Part shown: positions 63,484 through 64,000 of the stretch, piece after piece
Position numbering within the stretch: the stretch's first letter is position 1
How the letters are laid out: every line of letters starts with the position of its first letter
Source of the DNA: Squalus acanthias
Lineage: Eukaryota
DNA: 64,000 bases
Direction: 5' to 3'
NCBI GenBank assembly: GCA_030390025.1
Contig: CM059432.1
Coordinates: forward strand, 68,946,001-69,010,000
Program-made: the position numbers and the translations under genes
Notes under the pieces: model-generated
Databases searched by the model: none
What the model was told of the DNA's origin: nothing
The model's input: only the letters and a program-made list of their open reading frames with translations

Positions 63484-64000
63484 AAAAATATACACACAAA
63501 ACCAATCGACTCTTAATTTGGGTAATAATTACTCAAATAAAACTTTTAAAACAAATCTCTCCTGCAGAAAATGCTACAATTTCAATGTATTTATTTTCCA
63601 CAATACCTAATATTTTACCTATAGATATGCACAGCCAAACTCACAACATTTAAAAATAATATGTTCTGTTTTTATTAACAGTATACTGTGTGATAAGCTG
63701 TGCAATGTTAGCTGGTTAACTCCAGCAGTGTACCTGCTTACATTTGGTGGTCCCTAAGCCTTGTCCTCTTGTCAACCTGTGTCTGAACGCTCTGACCTTG
63801 GGCAAGTGGATTGTGTCCCTACAGAGAGAGAGAGAGTTTGCACTCCAAATCAAATCAAATAAACGGGGACTGTGCAGATTCCTCTACAATTTGGTTATAG
63901 ATTGTTGCATATGTCAGACTAATAAAAAAATCTAAATAGGTAGGCAAGTTGCAACTGTTCACTATTTAACTTTTTGCTGGAGTTCACATTAATCTTTGAC

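Overview
Repeat-dense intronic or intergenic eukaryotic DNA, most likely from an elasmobranch (shark or ray), judged by HE1/V-SINE copies, a Deu-domain SINE, CR1 (ATTCTATG)n tails and shark-type L2. I could not support any host protein-coding exon. The window is a deep nest of transposable elements. It holds several PIF/Harbinger DNA transposons (decayed DDE transposase plus convergent intron-containing Myb/SANT gene) and at least 7 Harbinger-type MITEs or deletion derivatives with 3-bp TSDs. It also holds CR1, L2 and a third LINE family, SINEs, and Penelope-type 3' fragments carrying minimal hammerhead-ribozyme motifs. One full-length CR1 has a ~2.2 kb array of 33-bp units in its 5' UTR. One young Ty3/Gypsy element has an intact 1250-aa gag-pol ORF. 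The Gypsy element is the most unusual object: YLDN instead of YxDD in RT, no recognisable tRNA primer-binding site but a 12-bp perfect complement of its own LTR, and only one LTR despite a flanking target duplication. All family assignments come from motif recognition, not database searches.
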